Shown: positions 9,763 through 19,089, counted from the first letter of the stretch. The stretch is DNA of 53,592 bases from a virus (IMGVR_UViG_3300033143_005707:1-53592), one strand, 5' to 3'. Numbers and translations: made by a program. Notes: a model not told the origin generated them from the sequence alone.

Positions 9763-9948
9763 ATGAAAATAGTTACGGTAGATGCCGGAATAGAATTCTG
9801 TGAGTGCTGTCATGTTTTTGGAAATGAAACACTTGTTCAAATTCCATTAGTCCAGCTCGCTGCACCATTGCAACTGAATCCAAAGAAATTTGTTCACCTT
9901 TGTAATGACTGCATTGAAGAGGCTGCGAACTTAGGTGAAAACAAATGA
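9763..9948 (+). CDS. Small Cys-rich hypothetical protein
   Basis: CECC...LCNDC putative zinc ligand pairs; first gene of overlapping early cluster. Confidence 0.6.
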   Translation: MKIVTVDAGIEFCECCHVFGNETLVQIPLVQLAAPLQLNPKKFVHLCNDCIEEAANLGENK

Positions 9949-10181
9949 ATGAATATGAAAAGAAAGAAGCAGAGCTTGAATTGCTCAAGTGTACTGCATG
10001 TGATGGTAAAGGTTATGGTTTTGATAAAAATAATCCCGATAATCAATGGGAATGTTTAAGATGTAATGGAACAGGAATACACTATGATGATGAAAAGAAA
10101 TGTCCTCATGGTCATGTTTATATTTGTAGCGAATGTAATGCAGATTATTCTAGAACCGGAAAAAAGATAATGGAATCATAA
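9945..10181 (+). CDS. Zinc-finger protein (CxxCxGxG repeats)
   Basis: CTACDGKG and CLRCNGTG plus CPHGH..CSEC. Confidence 0.65.
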   Translation: MNEYEKKEAELELLKCTACDGKGYGFDKNNPDNQWECLRCNGTGIHYDDEKKCPHGHVYICSECNADYSRTGKKIMES

Positions 10182-10495
10182 TGAAAGAACTTTTAATGAA
10201 TCTATATAATCTTAACGAAGAAGAATATAATAAACTTGCCAAGCGTTATAGTGATAAAAAAATATTTGAAGCACGATGGGAATTTATGATAATGGAAGGG
10301 AAGACCCGTCCTGTAACATCTTTTGTAATGGGCTATTATATAGAAAAGCATGGTGACTTTTTAAGCAGGGGCAAACGGTTACACCATAAGATAGCTAGAG
10401 CTATATATGAGTGTATGGATGCACATGGTAAAGTTGAAGTATTGGGCGATATAGAATTCTATAAAGAAGAACATAATATAAAGGATGAAGATTAA
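10181..10495 (+). CDS. Hypothetical protein
   Basis: Stop/start coupled ORF. Confidence 0.65.
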   Translation: MKELLMNLYNLNEEEYNKLAKRYSDKKIFEARWEFMIMEGKTRPVTSFVMGYYIEKHGDFLSRGKRLHHKIARAIYECMDAHGKVEVLGDIEFYKEEHNIKDED

Positions 10496-10731
10496 TGACC
10501 AGCGAAATAAATTGTTCTTTTTGTAATTGCGAAAGTAAAGACCGTGAAATCATGGTTATACTAAAGGGTCATGTAATTTGTGATATATGTGTAAAAGAAG
10601 CAAAGAAAATATGTGATGAAGAAGTACATGAAGCAAAGGAAAAGAAAATTTATAAGGTCGCCAAAATAGCGGCTGAAAATACTGTTATAATGGCTTATGA
10701 CATAAAGGAAAAATCAAATGTTACTGCATGA
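10495..10731 (+). CDS. ClpX C4-type zinc finger protein
   Basis: CSFC-x~19-ICDICV matches zf-C4_ClpX pattern. Confidence 0.75.
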   Translation: MTSEINCSFCNCESKDREIMVILKGHVICDICVKEAKKICDEEVHEAKEKKIYKVAKIAAENTVIMAYDIKEKSNVTA

Positions 10732-10936
10732 TATTTTAAATATATCTCTTTTTGTATTCGCAATGATCCTAACTATAAATGCTTGGTTAATAGTTGGATT
10801 TATTTGGGTAGTCTTATTAGAAAATGTTAAGGGCGAAGTTGAATTTAAAGATGTTATTTTAATGAGCTTTACTTGGCCACTAACAGTGATGATTATTATA
10901 AGTGATAGAAAGCAACTCAGTGTTAAAAACAAATGA
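10718..10936 (+). CDS. Membrane protein
   Basis: Two hydrophobic segments, WP motif. Confidence 0.6.
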   Translation: MLLHDILNISLFVFAMILTINAWLIVGFIWVVLLENVKGEVEFKDVILMSFTWPLTVMIIISDRKQLSVKNK

Positions 10937-11226
10937 CGCCTAAATTTTCAGTTGGAGAAACCGTTATATTTTACTACACTGATGTTCCAAAGCATCAGTA
11001 TCTAATGGGTGAAGAATGCGAAATATTAGAGATAGTAAAACATGATTATTTTGTTAAGCAGGGGTATGACTTTTACTACCTGCTTTCAATAACTGATTCA
11101 GATGGTTCAAAATTAGCATGTGTTGAAAAATGCTTAAAGAAAAAGAGTCCACCACCAGAAGAAGAAGAGATTGATTGGATGGAAAAACTAAACTTAAACA
11201 ACATAAAACAACTGGAAAAAGTATAA
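10933..11226 (+). CDS. Hypothetical protein (SH3/KOW-like start KFSVGETV)
   Basis: Coupled ORF. Confidence 0.6.
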   Translation: MTPKFSVGETVIFYYTDVPKHQYLMGEECEILEIVKHDYFVKQGYDFYYLLSITDSDGSKLACVEKCLKKKSPPPEEEEIDWMEKLNLNNIKQLEKV

Positions 11227-11555
11227 TGTTTGAGCGTGTAAGCAAAGGCAGGACTTATAAAAGCGTGACGCAAGATCATACTTTTTATACTACTATAAAC
11301 CATGACGATGATGGAAAGATTATAGAATTGTTCGTGCGGTTGGATGATGCCAACTTATTTGAAATGGTAAGTTTGGTCACACGGTTTTCTTCTATGCTTT
11401 TGCAATCGGGAGTTAGCCCTATTATAATAGCTAAAGAATTAAAAGATGTTTATAGTCCGGTAACATCTCACATAATTCCTAAAACAAATATAACTTGCCC
11501 TAGTATAATCGCAAGAATTGGAATGGTCTTGGAGCAACACATAAATGAAATATAG
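11226..11555 (+). CDS. Stand-alone TSCPD-like domain (class II ribonucleotide reductase C-terminal domain)
   Basis: FYTTIN.D.DG.IIELF, VTRFSSMLLQSGV....I.KEL, CPSI...IG..L; start at MFERV. Confidence 0.65.
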   Translation: MFERVSKGRTYKSVTQDHTFYTTINHDDDGKIIELFVRLDDANLFEMVSLVTRFSSMLLQSGVSPIIIAKELKDVYSPVTSHIIPKTNITCPSIIARIGMVLEQHINEI

Positions 11556-11703
11556 AAAAGATCATATTAGGCGCATGGCAAAAGTAGTTATAAAAAGCAG
11601 AGGAACAACTGAATATAATTTACTAATGAATGAAATGTTTATTAGAACAAGAAAAAGTGAAGTAGTAGTTATGAATAAATTAATAGACTTAGCATATAGG
11701 TAA
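11545..11703 (+). CDS. Small basic hypothetical protein, 52 aa (not in ORF track)
   Basis: Manual translation MKYRKDHIRR...LAYR with GGAG upstream; fills the gap. Confidence 0.5.
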   Translation: MKYRKDHIRRMAKVVIKSRGTTEYNLLMNEMFIRTRKSEVVVMNKLIDLAYR

Positions 11704-11708
11704 ATATC

Positions 11709-11960
11709 ATGAGCGGAAAACAAGATAAAATTTTAAGAAAAGAAAATCAAATTCAGCAAAAGGATTTAAAGCACTTGGTTGATAAAGTAATACAACGGCA
11801 AATGCAAATGCCTTTTAAAAAGAGAATGCGACTGGCACTTAAGATAATGTTTAGCAGTGACATTTTCTTACTGATACTTTTCTTTATTATTAGTCAGGCA
11901 CTATCACTTGGGATTCTTCTCCTGTTTATAAGCCTGTATCAAGTCTGGGGAGGAGCTTAA
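11709..11960 (+). CDS. Membrane protein
   Basis: Basic N-terminus, hydrophobic C-terminus. Confidence 0.6.
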   Translation: MSGKQDKILRKENQIQQKDLKHLVDKVIQRQMQMPFKKRMRLALKIMFSSDIFLLILFFIISQALSLGILLLFISLYQVWGGA

Positions 11961-12042
11961 TAATGAAACTTAAATTAATACATATAATTTTAATTGTGGG
12001 TTTAGCATTCTTAATTGTTCTATTTAAAAATGCGTATGCGTA

Positions 12043-12315
12043 ATGAATAAGAAAAATTACGACTTAGTTTTTAAACTAACCTCCTTAACCAATGATATTA
12101 AAGGCACATTGGAAAAGCAAGAGAATGATTTAATATTGGCGATTGCTGCTAACAATAGAAGGGAGATTGAAATTAAAAAAATGGCTGCAAAAATATTAGA
12201 GCTAGAAGAAGAAGAATATACAGTTCATAAAGGCAAAAGTTATTCAGTTAATAGTGAGGAGATAGCATCACTAGGGTTAGCACTTGCTAAAGCAATCGGG
12301 GAAAAAAATGATTAA
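12043..12315 (+). CDS. Hypothetical coiled-coil protein
   Basis: 90-aa ORF in operon. Confidence 0.6.
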   Translation: MNKKNYDLVFKLTSLTNDIKGTLEKQENDLILAIAANNRREIEIKKMAAKILELEEEEYTVHKGKSYSVNSEEIASLGLALAKAIGEKND

Positions 12316-12751
12316 GTCTATAATAACGGATAAAAAAGAGTTGTCTAAAATTTGCACAATGGATGGCTGGGATATCCGTGGTGTTTCTTCAGACTTGCTA
12401 GAAACGGCTAACCACTTGTATAATGAATGTGCTGGCCTTGCCGCAAATCAAATCGGTTTTAACGCTCGTATTATAGTGGTAAAGCTGGCTCATGGTTTTG
12501 AATTAATGGTTGATCCAAAGGTTATAGAATTATCCGGTAAGTTTAAAAATGGAAAAGAAGGTTGCTTGTCCCGTCCCGAAACAATTAAAAAACCTGTTAA
12601 TGTTAAACGCTATTACAAAGTAGAAATAGTTTATGCAAATGCTGAAGGCGAATACATAAAGAAAACTTTTAAAAACTTTTATGCACGAGTAGTACAACAT
12701 GAAATGGATCATTTGGATGGAATTTTGATAAGTGAAAAATATAATGATTAA
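12308..12751 (+). CDS. def: Peptide deformylase
   Basis: All three motifs: AGLAANQIG, EGCLS, QHEMDHLDG. Confidence 0.93.
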   Translation: MIKSIITDKKELSKICTMDGWDIRGVSSDLLETANHLYNECAGLAANQIGFNARIIVVKLAHGFELMVDPKVIELSGKFKNGKEGCLSRPETIKKPVNVKRYYKVEIVYANAEGEYIKKTFKNFYARVVQHEMDHLDGILISEKYND

Positions 12752-12935
12752 TTCCATGCCCCTCAGCACTTATGTATTTAGTCAAGATAGAAAACTATTT
12801 GACAGGTATATGAAACATGTGAAAGCAGCAAGTACAATCAATGCTTTTTTACATGGTAGTTTATATCTTCAACATGATTCATATACTACAGCAGATGTTT
12901 TTCTTAGCATGGTTAAAAAGGATTATAGAAAATGA
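12732..12935 (+). CDS. Hypothetical protein
   Basis: Coupled ORF. Confidence 0.5.
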   Translation: MKNIMINSMPLSTYVFSQDRKLFDRYMKHVKAASTINAFLHGSLYLQHDSYTTADVFLSMVKKDYRK

Positions 12936-13132
12936 AAATGTTTAGGAACATAGAATTCTGCAATTCTGATTGTGTAAAGACTAATTGTCGTAGATTTATT
13001 ACAAAAGAAATTGTTGAAGAATCTAAGAAGTCTATCTACTTTTTTTATACCTCTGATTTTTCATCATTTTGCGATAAATATGAAACTCAACCAAATTTTC
13101 AAAAAGCGTATATAACCGGAGAAATAGAATGA
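12932..13132 (+). CDS. Small Cys-containing hypothetical protein
   Basis: FC.S.C...C.R pattern, coupled ORF. Confidence 0.55.
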   Translation: MKMFRNIEFCNSDCVKTNCRRFITKEIVEESKKSIYFFYTSDFSSFCDKYETQPNFQKAYITGEIE

Positions 13133-13305
13133 GCCAAAAACAAGAATATCACTTTTGTAAAATTTGCGGACAAAACACTCTTCATGTAGTGGATAGGCCA
13201 AATCATATCCTGCATCTATTATTATCACTTATAACATGTGGCCTATGGATTCCATTATGGTTATGGTTTTCTATCGGCTGCAAAAAGAAATGCGTCAATC
13301 ATTAA
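13129..13305 (+). CDS. Small membrane zinc-ribbon protein, 58 aa (not in ORF track)
   Basis: Manual translation with CKIC...NHILHLLLSLITCGLWIPLW...C; CCGGAGA RBS, ATGA overlap. Confidence 0.7.
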   Translation: MSQKQEYHFCKICGQNTLHVVDRPNHILHLLLSLITCGLWIPLWLWFSIGCKKKCVNH

Positions 13306-13358
13306 ACAATTTTATTAACCGAGCAATTTTGCTCATTACAAACTGGAGAAGAAAAATC

Positions 13359-13526
13359 ATGTTTACAAGACATAATGCAAACTCATTGGGCGAACTTGCC
13401 CGCAAAGCGACACAAGCTGCTCAAGTACACGGAACAGATTGTGAAATTGATGTTGATGGCCAGACAATTCAAATTTGGAAAAACGATAATGTAGTTGGTG
13501 AAATCGTTTTGGAAGAACAGGAATAG
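13359..13526 (+). CDS. Hypothetical protein, 55 aa
   Basis: Start MFTRH follows AAACTGGAGA motif. Confidence 0.65.
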   Translation: MFTRHNANSLGELARKATQAAQVHGTDCEIDVDGQTIQIWKNDNVVGEIVLEEQE

Positions 13527-13530
13527 TCTA

Positions 13531-14226
13531 ATGGCTGTTAAGATTAAATCCACTAAAGGTCTCCATAAGAATGGAATTAAAGTTCTTGTGTATGGCAAGG
13601 GTGGCATCGGTAAAACAAAGTTAATGGGAACAGCACCGAATCCTATTATCTTAAGTTGTGAAGGTGGTTTACTATCATTGGAAGAAGATGATATAGACTA
13701 TATAGATATAAGCTCAGTAGATGATATATATGAAGCCTATGATTTTGTTAAAAGCAAAAAAGGCAGAAAGTATGAAACTGTTGGTTTAGATTCTATTTCT
13801 GAAATAGCTGAAATTGTTTTGCTAGACTTTAAGGATAAAGAAAAAGATGGTCGTCAGGCATACCAAAAGATGGCTGAAGAAATGTATAAGATTGTTCGTA
13901 TGTTTCGTGACCTTAGGAAAAGGAATGTTGTGTTTAGTGCCAAGCGTATGTCGCAAGAAGATGCGGATACAGGGATGACACAATACGTCGCATCGATGCC
14001 CGGAAAAGCAGTTGTAAATTTTTTACCTTATCAATTTGATGAAGTTTTTTACATGACATTTCATGAAAACGATAATGGAAATAGACAGCGAGTACTTATG
14101 ACAGATACAAGTTATGAGCACGACGCAAAAGATCGTTCAGGCAAACTAAATAAAATGGAACGCCCGAACTTAACTAAAATATTCAGAAAAATTTCTGGAA
14201 AATCAAAAAGGAAAAAACGAAAATGA
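13531..14226 (+). CDS. AAA_24 / Sak4-like ATPase (recombination)
   Basis: LVYGKGGIGKT Walker A, LDSISE, AKDRSG. Confidence 0.85.
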   Translation: MAVKIKSTKGLHKNGIKVLVYGKGGIGKTKLMGTAPNPIILSCEGGLLSLEEDDIDYIDISSVDDIYEAYDFVKSKKGRKYETVGLDSISEIAEIVLLDFKDKEKDGRQAYQKMAEEMYKIVRMFRDLRKRNVVFSAKRMSQEDADTGMTQYVASMPGKAVVNFLPYQFDEVFYMTFHENDNGNRQRVLMTDTSYEHDAKDRSGKLNKMERPNLTKIFRKISGKSKRKKRK

Positions 14227-14855
14227 GCAAGTTACCGAAGGCGTTTAAGCGCAAAGACCATGATCCAATGAAGGACTTTACTGCTATACCAGCAGGTGAA
14301 TATGTAGTTAAAATTACAGATTCTTCTTATGTTGCTAACAGCAAAAAGAATGGCCACATTCTAAAAGTTATTCTTACTGTTCAAAATAAAGAGCATAAGG
14401 GTGCGAAGATTTTTGTAAATTTAAATCTTGATAATCCTTCTGAAAAAGCAGTTGAAATTGCGAACAGTGAATTAGCAACATTATCTGATGCTATTGGCAA
14501 AGCAGTAATTAAAGACACTAATGAATTAGTTGGAAAAATGTTAGTTGTTAAAGTTAATAATGTTGATGAAAACAACAACGTCAAAATGTATTCTAAAATT
14601 GAAGAAGGCAAAGATGATTTAGATGATGATGATGATGACGATGACAAAAAAGGTGACGATGATTCTAGTGCCGAAGTTGATGCCGATGAAGTTAAAGCCA
14701 TTGCTAAAAAATGTAAAAAAGCAATTGACGGCGATGACTTTAAAGAACTTTTAGAAGATTATGACATTAAGAAAATTAAAGAAATTGATGACCTTGATGA
14801 TGATGATTTGGAAAGCCTAAAAGAAGATCTTGAAGAAGCACTAGAAGACGCTTAA
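14223..14855 (+). CDS. DUF669-like ssDNA-binding protein with acidic tail
   Basis: F.AIPAGEY.VKIT, follows Sak4-like gene, very acidic C-terminus. Confidence 0.75.
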   Translation: MSKLPKAFKRKDHDPMKDFTAIPAGEYVVKITDSSYVANSKKNGHILKVILTVQNKEHKGAKIFVNLNLDNPSEKAVEIANSELATLSDAIGKAVIKDTNELVGKMLVVKVNNVDENNNVKMYSKIEEGKDDLDDDDDDDDKKGDDDSSAEVDADEVKAIAKKCKKAIDGDDFKELLEDYDIKKIKEIDDLDDDDLESLKEDLEEALEDA

Positions 14856-14941
14856 ATACAGGCTCCACAGCCGAGTTGCCGTGAGTGATGGCCAAAACTT
14901 AAAAGAAATAATCACTCCCTTATTTAAAACTGGAGACTACT

Positions 14942-15154
14942 ATGCCTGAAATATTTTTAGATTTTGTTGAGGTTGATGAAAATTATGTAACAGTAACAGC
15001 CGGTGACGGAGTGATACATTACATAGATAATTTCATGATTGATAAAAGCCTATTAAGAGATATGAAAAATAATAAAATTGCAATGGGCGAAAGTATTTTA
15101 ATTGATTTAAGCGATAAATACATTCAGCAAAATGGGGTCATTGAATGTTTATGA
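14942..15154 (+). CDS. Hypothetical protein
   Basis: Preceded by TAAAACTGGAGA. Confidence 0.65.
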   Translation: MPEIFLDFVEVDENYVTVTAGDGVIHYIDNFMIDKSLLRDMKNNKIAMGESILIDLSDKYIQQNGVIECL

Positions 15155-15247
15155 AAAGATATGATAAACAGGCATTAATCGTACAAGCCATATTCATTAT
15201 TGCTTTTATAATGTTAATAATAATGGATGAGTCTTTAAGGAAATAAG

Positions 15248-16099
15248 ATGTTACTGCCGGATAATAAAAAAACTACTGAATACGTTATTGAAAATAAAAA
15301 ATATGGTGGAAACAAACCTCGCGATTATTTAGGCATGAGCAGTATCGGCAGGGAATGTTTACGCGCCCAATGGTACGGATGGAGATGGTCTAGGATTGTT
15401 CAAATTCCTGCTCGCATTAATCGTATTTTTACTCGGGGACACCTAGAAGAATCTAGTATTATTATGGATTTGCTTGCCGTTGGAATAAAAGTATTTAGGA
15501 GAGATGGTGAAAAGGTTATAAATTTAACTGGCGCAATAGGAGAAGAACAAGAAGAAATAGATGGATTTCAATTACATAGTTCTGGCCATCCCGATGGTCG
15601 TTTATTAGGCGTAATAGAAGCTCCAAAAACAGAACATCTTTTAGAAATGAAAACCATGAAAGATAGCAAGTTCCAAACGCTAAAGGAGCTAGGAATTAAA
15701 AAAGCCTTTCCCGTTTACCTAGATCAAATGATTATGTACATGGGAAAATTAAAGCTAACAAGAGCTCTATTTGTAGCAACTAATAAGGACAACCAAGCAC
15801 GGAAATATATTCGTGTGAAATTTGATAAGGAAAGATTTAGTGTTTTGGAAAACAGGGAAGAAGCTATAATTTTAAGTGAGCAAGTTCCACCAAAAGAATA
15901 TAAAGCAACTTGCTACCTTTGCGGGTGGTGTAATTTTCACCAAATTTGCCACCTTGGAGCAGTACCAGAAAAAAATTGCAGAACATGTGAACATGTAAAT
16001 TTAATGCCTAAAGGAAAATGGGAATGTGACATAACAAAGAAAAACCTTTCACCAAGAAAACAATTCCGTGGGTGTAGAAAATACAAGAGACTGTTTTAA
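15248..16099 (+). CDS. Cas4-like PD-(D/E)XK exonuclease
   Basis: LGMSSIG..C, SGHPDG, LEMKT, Q..Y, C-terminal CxxC clusters. Confidence 0.82.
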   Translation: MLLPDNKKTTEYVIENKKYGGNKPRDYLGMSSIGRECLRAQWYGWRWSRIVQIPARINRIFTRGHLEESSIIMDLLAVGIKVFRRDGEKVINLTGAIGEEQEEIDGFQLHSSGHPDGRLLGVIEAPKTEHLLEMKTMKDSKFQTLKELGIKKAFPVYLDQMIMYMGKLKLTRALFVATNKDNQARKYIRVKFDKERFSVLENREEAIILSEQVPPKEYKATCYLCGWCNFHQICHLGAVPEKNCRTCEHVNLMPKGKWECDITKKNLSPRKQFRGCRKYKRLF

Positions 16100-17757
16100 T
16101 GAAAACACCTCGCTGGTATCAAAAAAGATCAGTAAAGAAATCGCTAAGGGCAATCAAAGAAAAAGAAGTTCACCCTGTAATAGCAGTCCCAACTGGAGCA
16201 GGAAAATCTTTAATCCTATGCCTTATTACAGGCGGATACCTTGATGAAAATATCACCAGAGATGTTTTAATTTTATCCCACCGCTCCACTATCCTAGAAC
16301 AAGATTTATCTGCGCTTGAAGAACAGTTTCCTGAAATAGAAATTGGCTTGTATTCGGCTGGATTAAAAAGTAAATTAAAAAAGAAAATAACAGTTGCCGG
16401 AATACAATCAGTATGGAGGAAGCCAAAAGAATTTGACAATGTTGGATTAGTATTAATAGATGAAGCACACCTTGTCAATACAAAAAATGCAGGAATGTAT
16501 CGTGAGTTTCTTAAAGAAATAAAGGCGAATTATGTTGGCTTAACGGCAACTCCTTTCAGGCTTGGTCATGGTTATATATATAAGGGCAAAGGCGCACTAT
16601 TTAACAACCTTGCATACGACCTCACGAGCACTAGAAACTATAATAAACTTGTTGATCAGGGCTTCCTTGCCAAAATGTTCAGCTATAAAACAGTATTGAA
16701 ACTAGATGTTAAAAAAGTAAAACATCTTGGGGGAGACTTTGCCAAAAAAGATTTGTCTGCAAAATTTGATAGAGATTCTATAACTGAAATTGCCTGTACA
16801 GAAATTGCAAAGGCAATGAAGAAATTCAATTTAAAAAGAGGATTAATCTTTGCGATAGATACAAAACATGCTGACAATATCAGCCAGTATATAAATGAAA
16901 TTGGGATTAGCTGTATAGCAATTCATTCCAAAACCGGTAGTGGAAAAAATGAAGCTATCAAGGAATTTAAAAGTGGTAAGTATCAAATGGCAGTTGGAGT
17001 TGAAATGCTTACAACAGGATTGGACATACCGGAAATAGACATGATAGGATTATTAAGGCCAACTGAATCCGCATCATTACATGTGCAAATGATTGGCCGT
17101 GGTGGGAGACCATTATATGCAGAGGGATTTGATATAAGCACACTGGAAGGGAGAAAGGCTGCGATAAAAGCAAGTGTAAAACAATTCTGTATGATATTAG
17201 ATTTTTCAGGAAATATTGCTCGGCTCGGACCAATAAATGATGTCCATGTAATTGAAAAGAAAAAGAAGAAAAATGGTACTGGCGATCCCATAATGAAAAC
17301 TTGCCCTAAGTGCAAAGTTGAACATTTTGCAGCAGTAAGAAAATGCAATTTTTGTGGCCATGAATTTGAATTTAAAACGAAGCTAACTTTAGAATCAACG
17401 GACATTGCTGTTTTGGCAGCAAGGAAAAGTATTGAAAAAGCGGTGACTTCAGCTGGAATTTGGATAGATGTAAATTCTATAGAATATAATATCCATAGCA
17501 CAAAAGGAAAACCGTCTTCTTTGCGTGTAGCTTATCGTTGTGGATTTAGAAAATTTTATAAATATATCTGTATTGACCACGGATACTTCCCACGGCATGA
17601 GGCGAAGAAATGGGTTAAGGCAATGATGCCTGAAAATAAAAAAATGCCGCAAAATCTAAAGCAATTATTCGCAATAAAAGATTCTTTAAAAGTTCCAGAA
17701 AAGATTTTCATTACCAGAAATGGAAAATGGAATGAAATTTCAAAATTTGAATTCTAA
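16099..17757 (+). CDS. SF2 DEAH helicase (RadD/YejH-like) with zinc finger
   Basis: PTGAGKS, IDEAH, GLTATP, LTTGLD.P, QMIGRG.R, CPKC..CNFC. Confidence 0.9.
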   Translation: MKTPRWYQKRSVKKSLRAIKEKEVHPVIAVPTGAGKSLILCLITGGYLDENITRDVLILSHRSTILEQDLSALEEQFPEIEIGLYSAGLKSKLKKKITVAGIQSVWRKPKEFDNVGLVLIDEAHLVNTKNAGMYREFLKEIKANYVGLTATPFRLGHGYIYKGKGALFNNLAYDLTSTRNYNKLVDQGFLAKMFSYKTVLKLDVKKVKHLGGDFAKKDLSAKFDRDSITEIACTEIAKAMKKFNLKRGLIFAIDTKHADNISQYINEIGISCIAIHSKTGSGKNEAIKEFKSGKYQMAVGVEMLTTGLDIPEIDMIGLLRPTESASLHVQMIGRGGRPLYAEGFDISTLEGRKAAIKASVKQFCMILDFSGNIARLGPINDVHVIEKKKKKNGTGDPIMKTCPKCKVEHFAAVRKCNFCGHEFEFKTKLTLESTDIAVLAARKSIEKAVTSAGIWIDVNSIEYNIHSTKGKPSSLRVAYRCGFRKFYKYICIDHGYFPRHEAKKWVKAMMPENKKMPQNLKQLFAIKDSLKVPEKIFITRNGKWNEISKFEF

Positions 17758-17774
17758 ATAAAATTTCTATCAAA

Positions 17775-17799
17775 AACCCTTTTCAAAAAGGGTCTTCTT
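17775..17799 (+). terminator. Hairpin after helicase (possibly bidirectional terminator)
   Basis: ACCCTTTT-CA-AAAAGGGT flanked by A-run and TCTTCTT. Confidence 0.5.
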
Positions 17800-17800
17800 A

Positions 17801-17862
17801 AGCACATTCTGTGCCAAAAATCTCTCCTTGTTAGTGACCGCTATTATGGCACGATACCTGCA
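17801..17862. promoter_or_regulatory. Two back-to-back sigma54 (-24/-12)-type sites
   Basis: Minus TGGCACAGAATGTGCT (17816-17801) and plus TGGCACGATACCTGCA (17847-17862), both GG-N10-GC. Confidence 0.55.
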
Positions 17863-17865
17863 TAA

Positions 17866-17948
17866 CCACTATATGTAGTGTCAGTTAGTGTCTACTAACC
17901 ACTATATATAGGGGGTAGTACGGCAGGGCGATCCCTATATAATAGTGT
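17866..17948. promoter_or_regulatory. Tandem NrdR-box-like palindromes
   Basis: CCACTATATGTAGTGT (17866) and CCACTATATATAGGGG (17899) match acaCwAtATaTwGtgt at 14/16 and 13/16; weaker third copy at ~17932. Confidence 0.55.
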
Positions 17949-18453
17949 AACCCCAAACGGGAAAGCACGTCGCTACCAGCACACCGGAAAGCCGCTTTGG
18001 AAAAAACCACTTAACGGATCGGTCACTTTTCTGAAAACAAAATCCAAGATGGAGGCATTACAAAATTTTGGTAAAGGAAATGAAATGTGAATACGCCAGA
18101 AGATTTTCACACTGGTTAGGATTTCTCGGTAACATTAATCCGCAGGACATTTTCTTAAAGTTAGAAATTTCAGATTGAAAATAAAATTCATAGGAATTTC
18201 CATGTGATAGATTAACCGCGTTTAATAACTGCATGTTAAAACTTTAAAAAATAAACTTTTGGAAAACTTAAGAGTTAACACTAGCAAAAAACAATAACTG
18301 TTTTTTATAAATGCCAGATTGTACCTAGTAAGAAATTAAGGACATAAGCAAAAGTTTTGATAACGATTAGGATTAGCAACCCTAGTCAGTATCATAAAGC
18401 ATTCTAATTTTGGAGTGCTTTTAATACTGATAAATAAAACTGGAGATACAACT

Positions 18454-18768
18454 ATGCAAATTACATATAGAAAAACATTTAATATCAACTTCGCAGCAGC
18501 TTGCAATTTTTACTTGGCTGTTTTCCTAGATGATTATGGCCGTGATGGTAATGGAACTTTTGATAAAGAAGATTTAGAAAGGTTCCTGCAGGAAACAACC
18601 ATTGGATCTTTCCTAGTAGATGTTGAACAACGGCTAGAAGAAGAAATTGAAATGGGCGATACACCTATTGAAGAAATAGATTGTTTAATTCATTTTAAAG
18701 ACGCTAACGAGCAAGATGGTTACTTGGAAATTTACACACATATTTCTGAGTTATTTTTTAGCAAATAA
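18454..18768 (+). CDS. Acidic hypothetical protein
   Basis: Start MQITY follows TAAAACTGGAGA. Confidence 0.7.
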   Translation: MQITYRKTFNINFAAACNFYLAVFLDDYGRDGNGTFDKEDLERFLQETTIGSFLVDVEQRLEEEIEMGDTPIEEIDCLIHFKDANEQDGYLEIYTHISELFFSK

Positions 18769-18814
18769 TTTATAAGGGCGAAAGCCCTCGGATTTTAAAA
18801 CTGGAGATACAATT

Positions 18815-19087
18815 ATGAAAACTGATATTAAACATTTAAAAACTATTTTAGAATCACTAGACCCGACAAGTGAATTACATGAAACACTTGAAATGATAAT
18901 TGAAGATAAAGAGCAAGAGGAAAAGTTTAACGTAAGGGAACTTATAAACTTTACTTTGAGTAGAAAAGGTTATGGTATAAAAACAGATGAAGAAAGTGGT
19001 ATAGTGGTAGTTAGGAAACAAGATGAAATTTGGGACTTTACAATACCAATGAAAGTTGTAACCAAAAATAATCCAAAGGGAGAATAG
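18815..19087 (+). CDS. Hypothetical protein
   Basis: Preceded by GGGC-GAAA-GCCC hairpin and TAAAACTGGAGA. Confidence 0.7.
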   Translation: MKTDIKHLKTILESLDPTSELHETLEMIIEDKEQEEKFNVRELINFTLSRKGYGIKTDEESGIVVVRKQDEIWDFTIPMKVVTKNNPKGE

Positions 19088-19089
19088 AC

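Noticed and set aside
15248-16099. Cas4-like gene as part of a CRISPR-Cas system
   Set aside because: No array or other cas genes seen; standard phage recombination context (Sak4-like, SSB, helicase)
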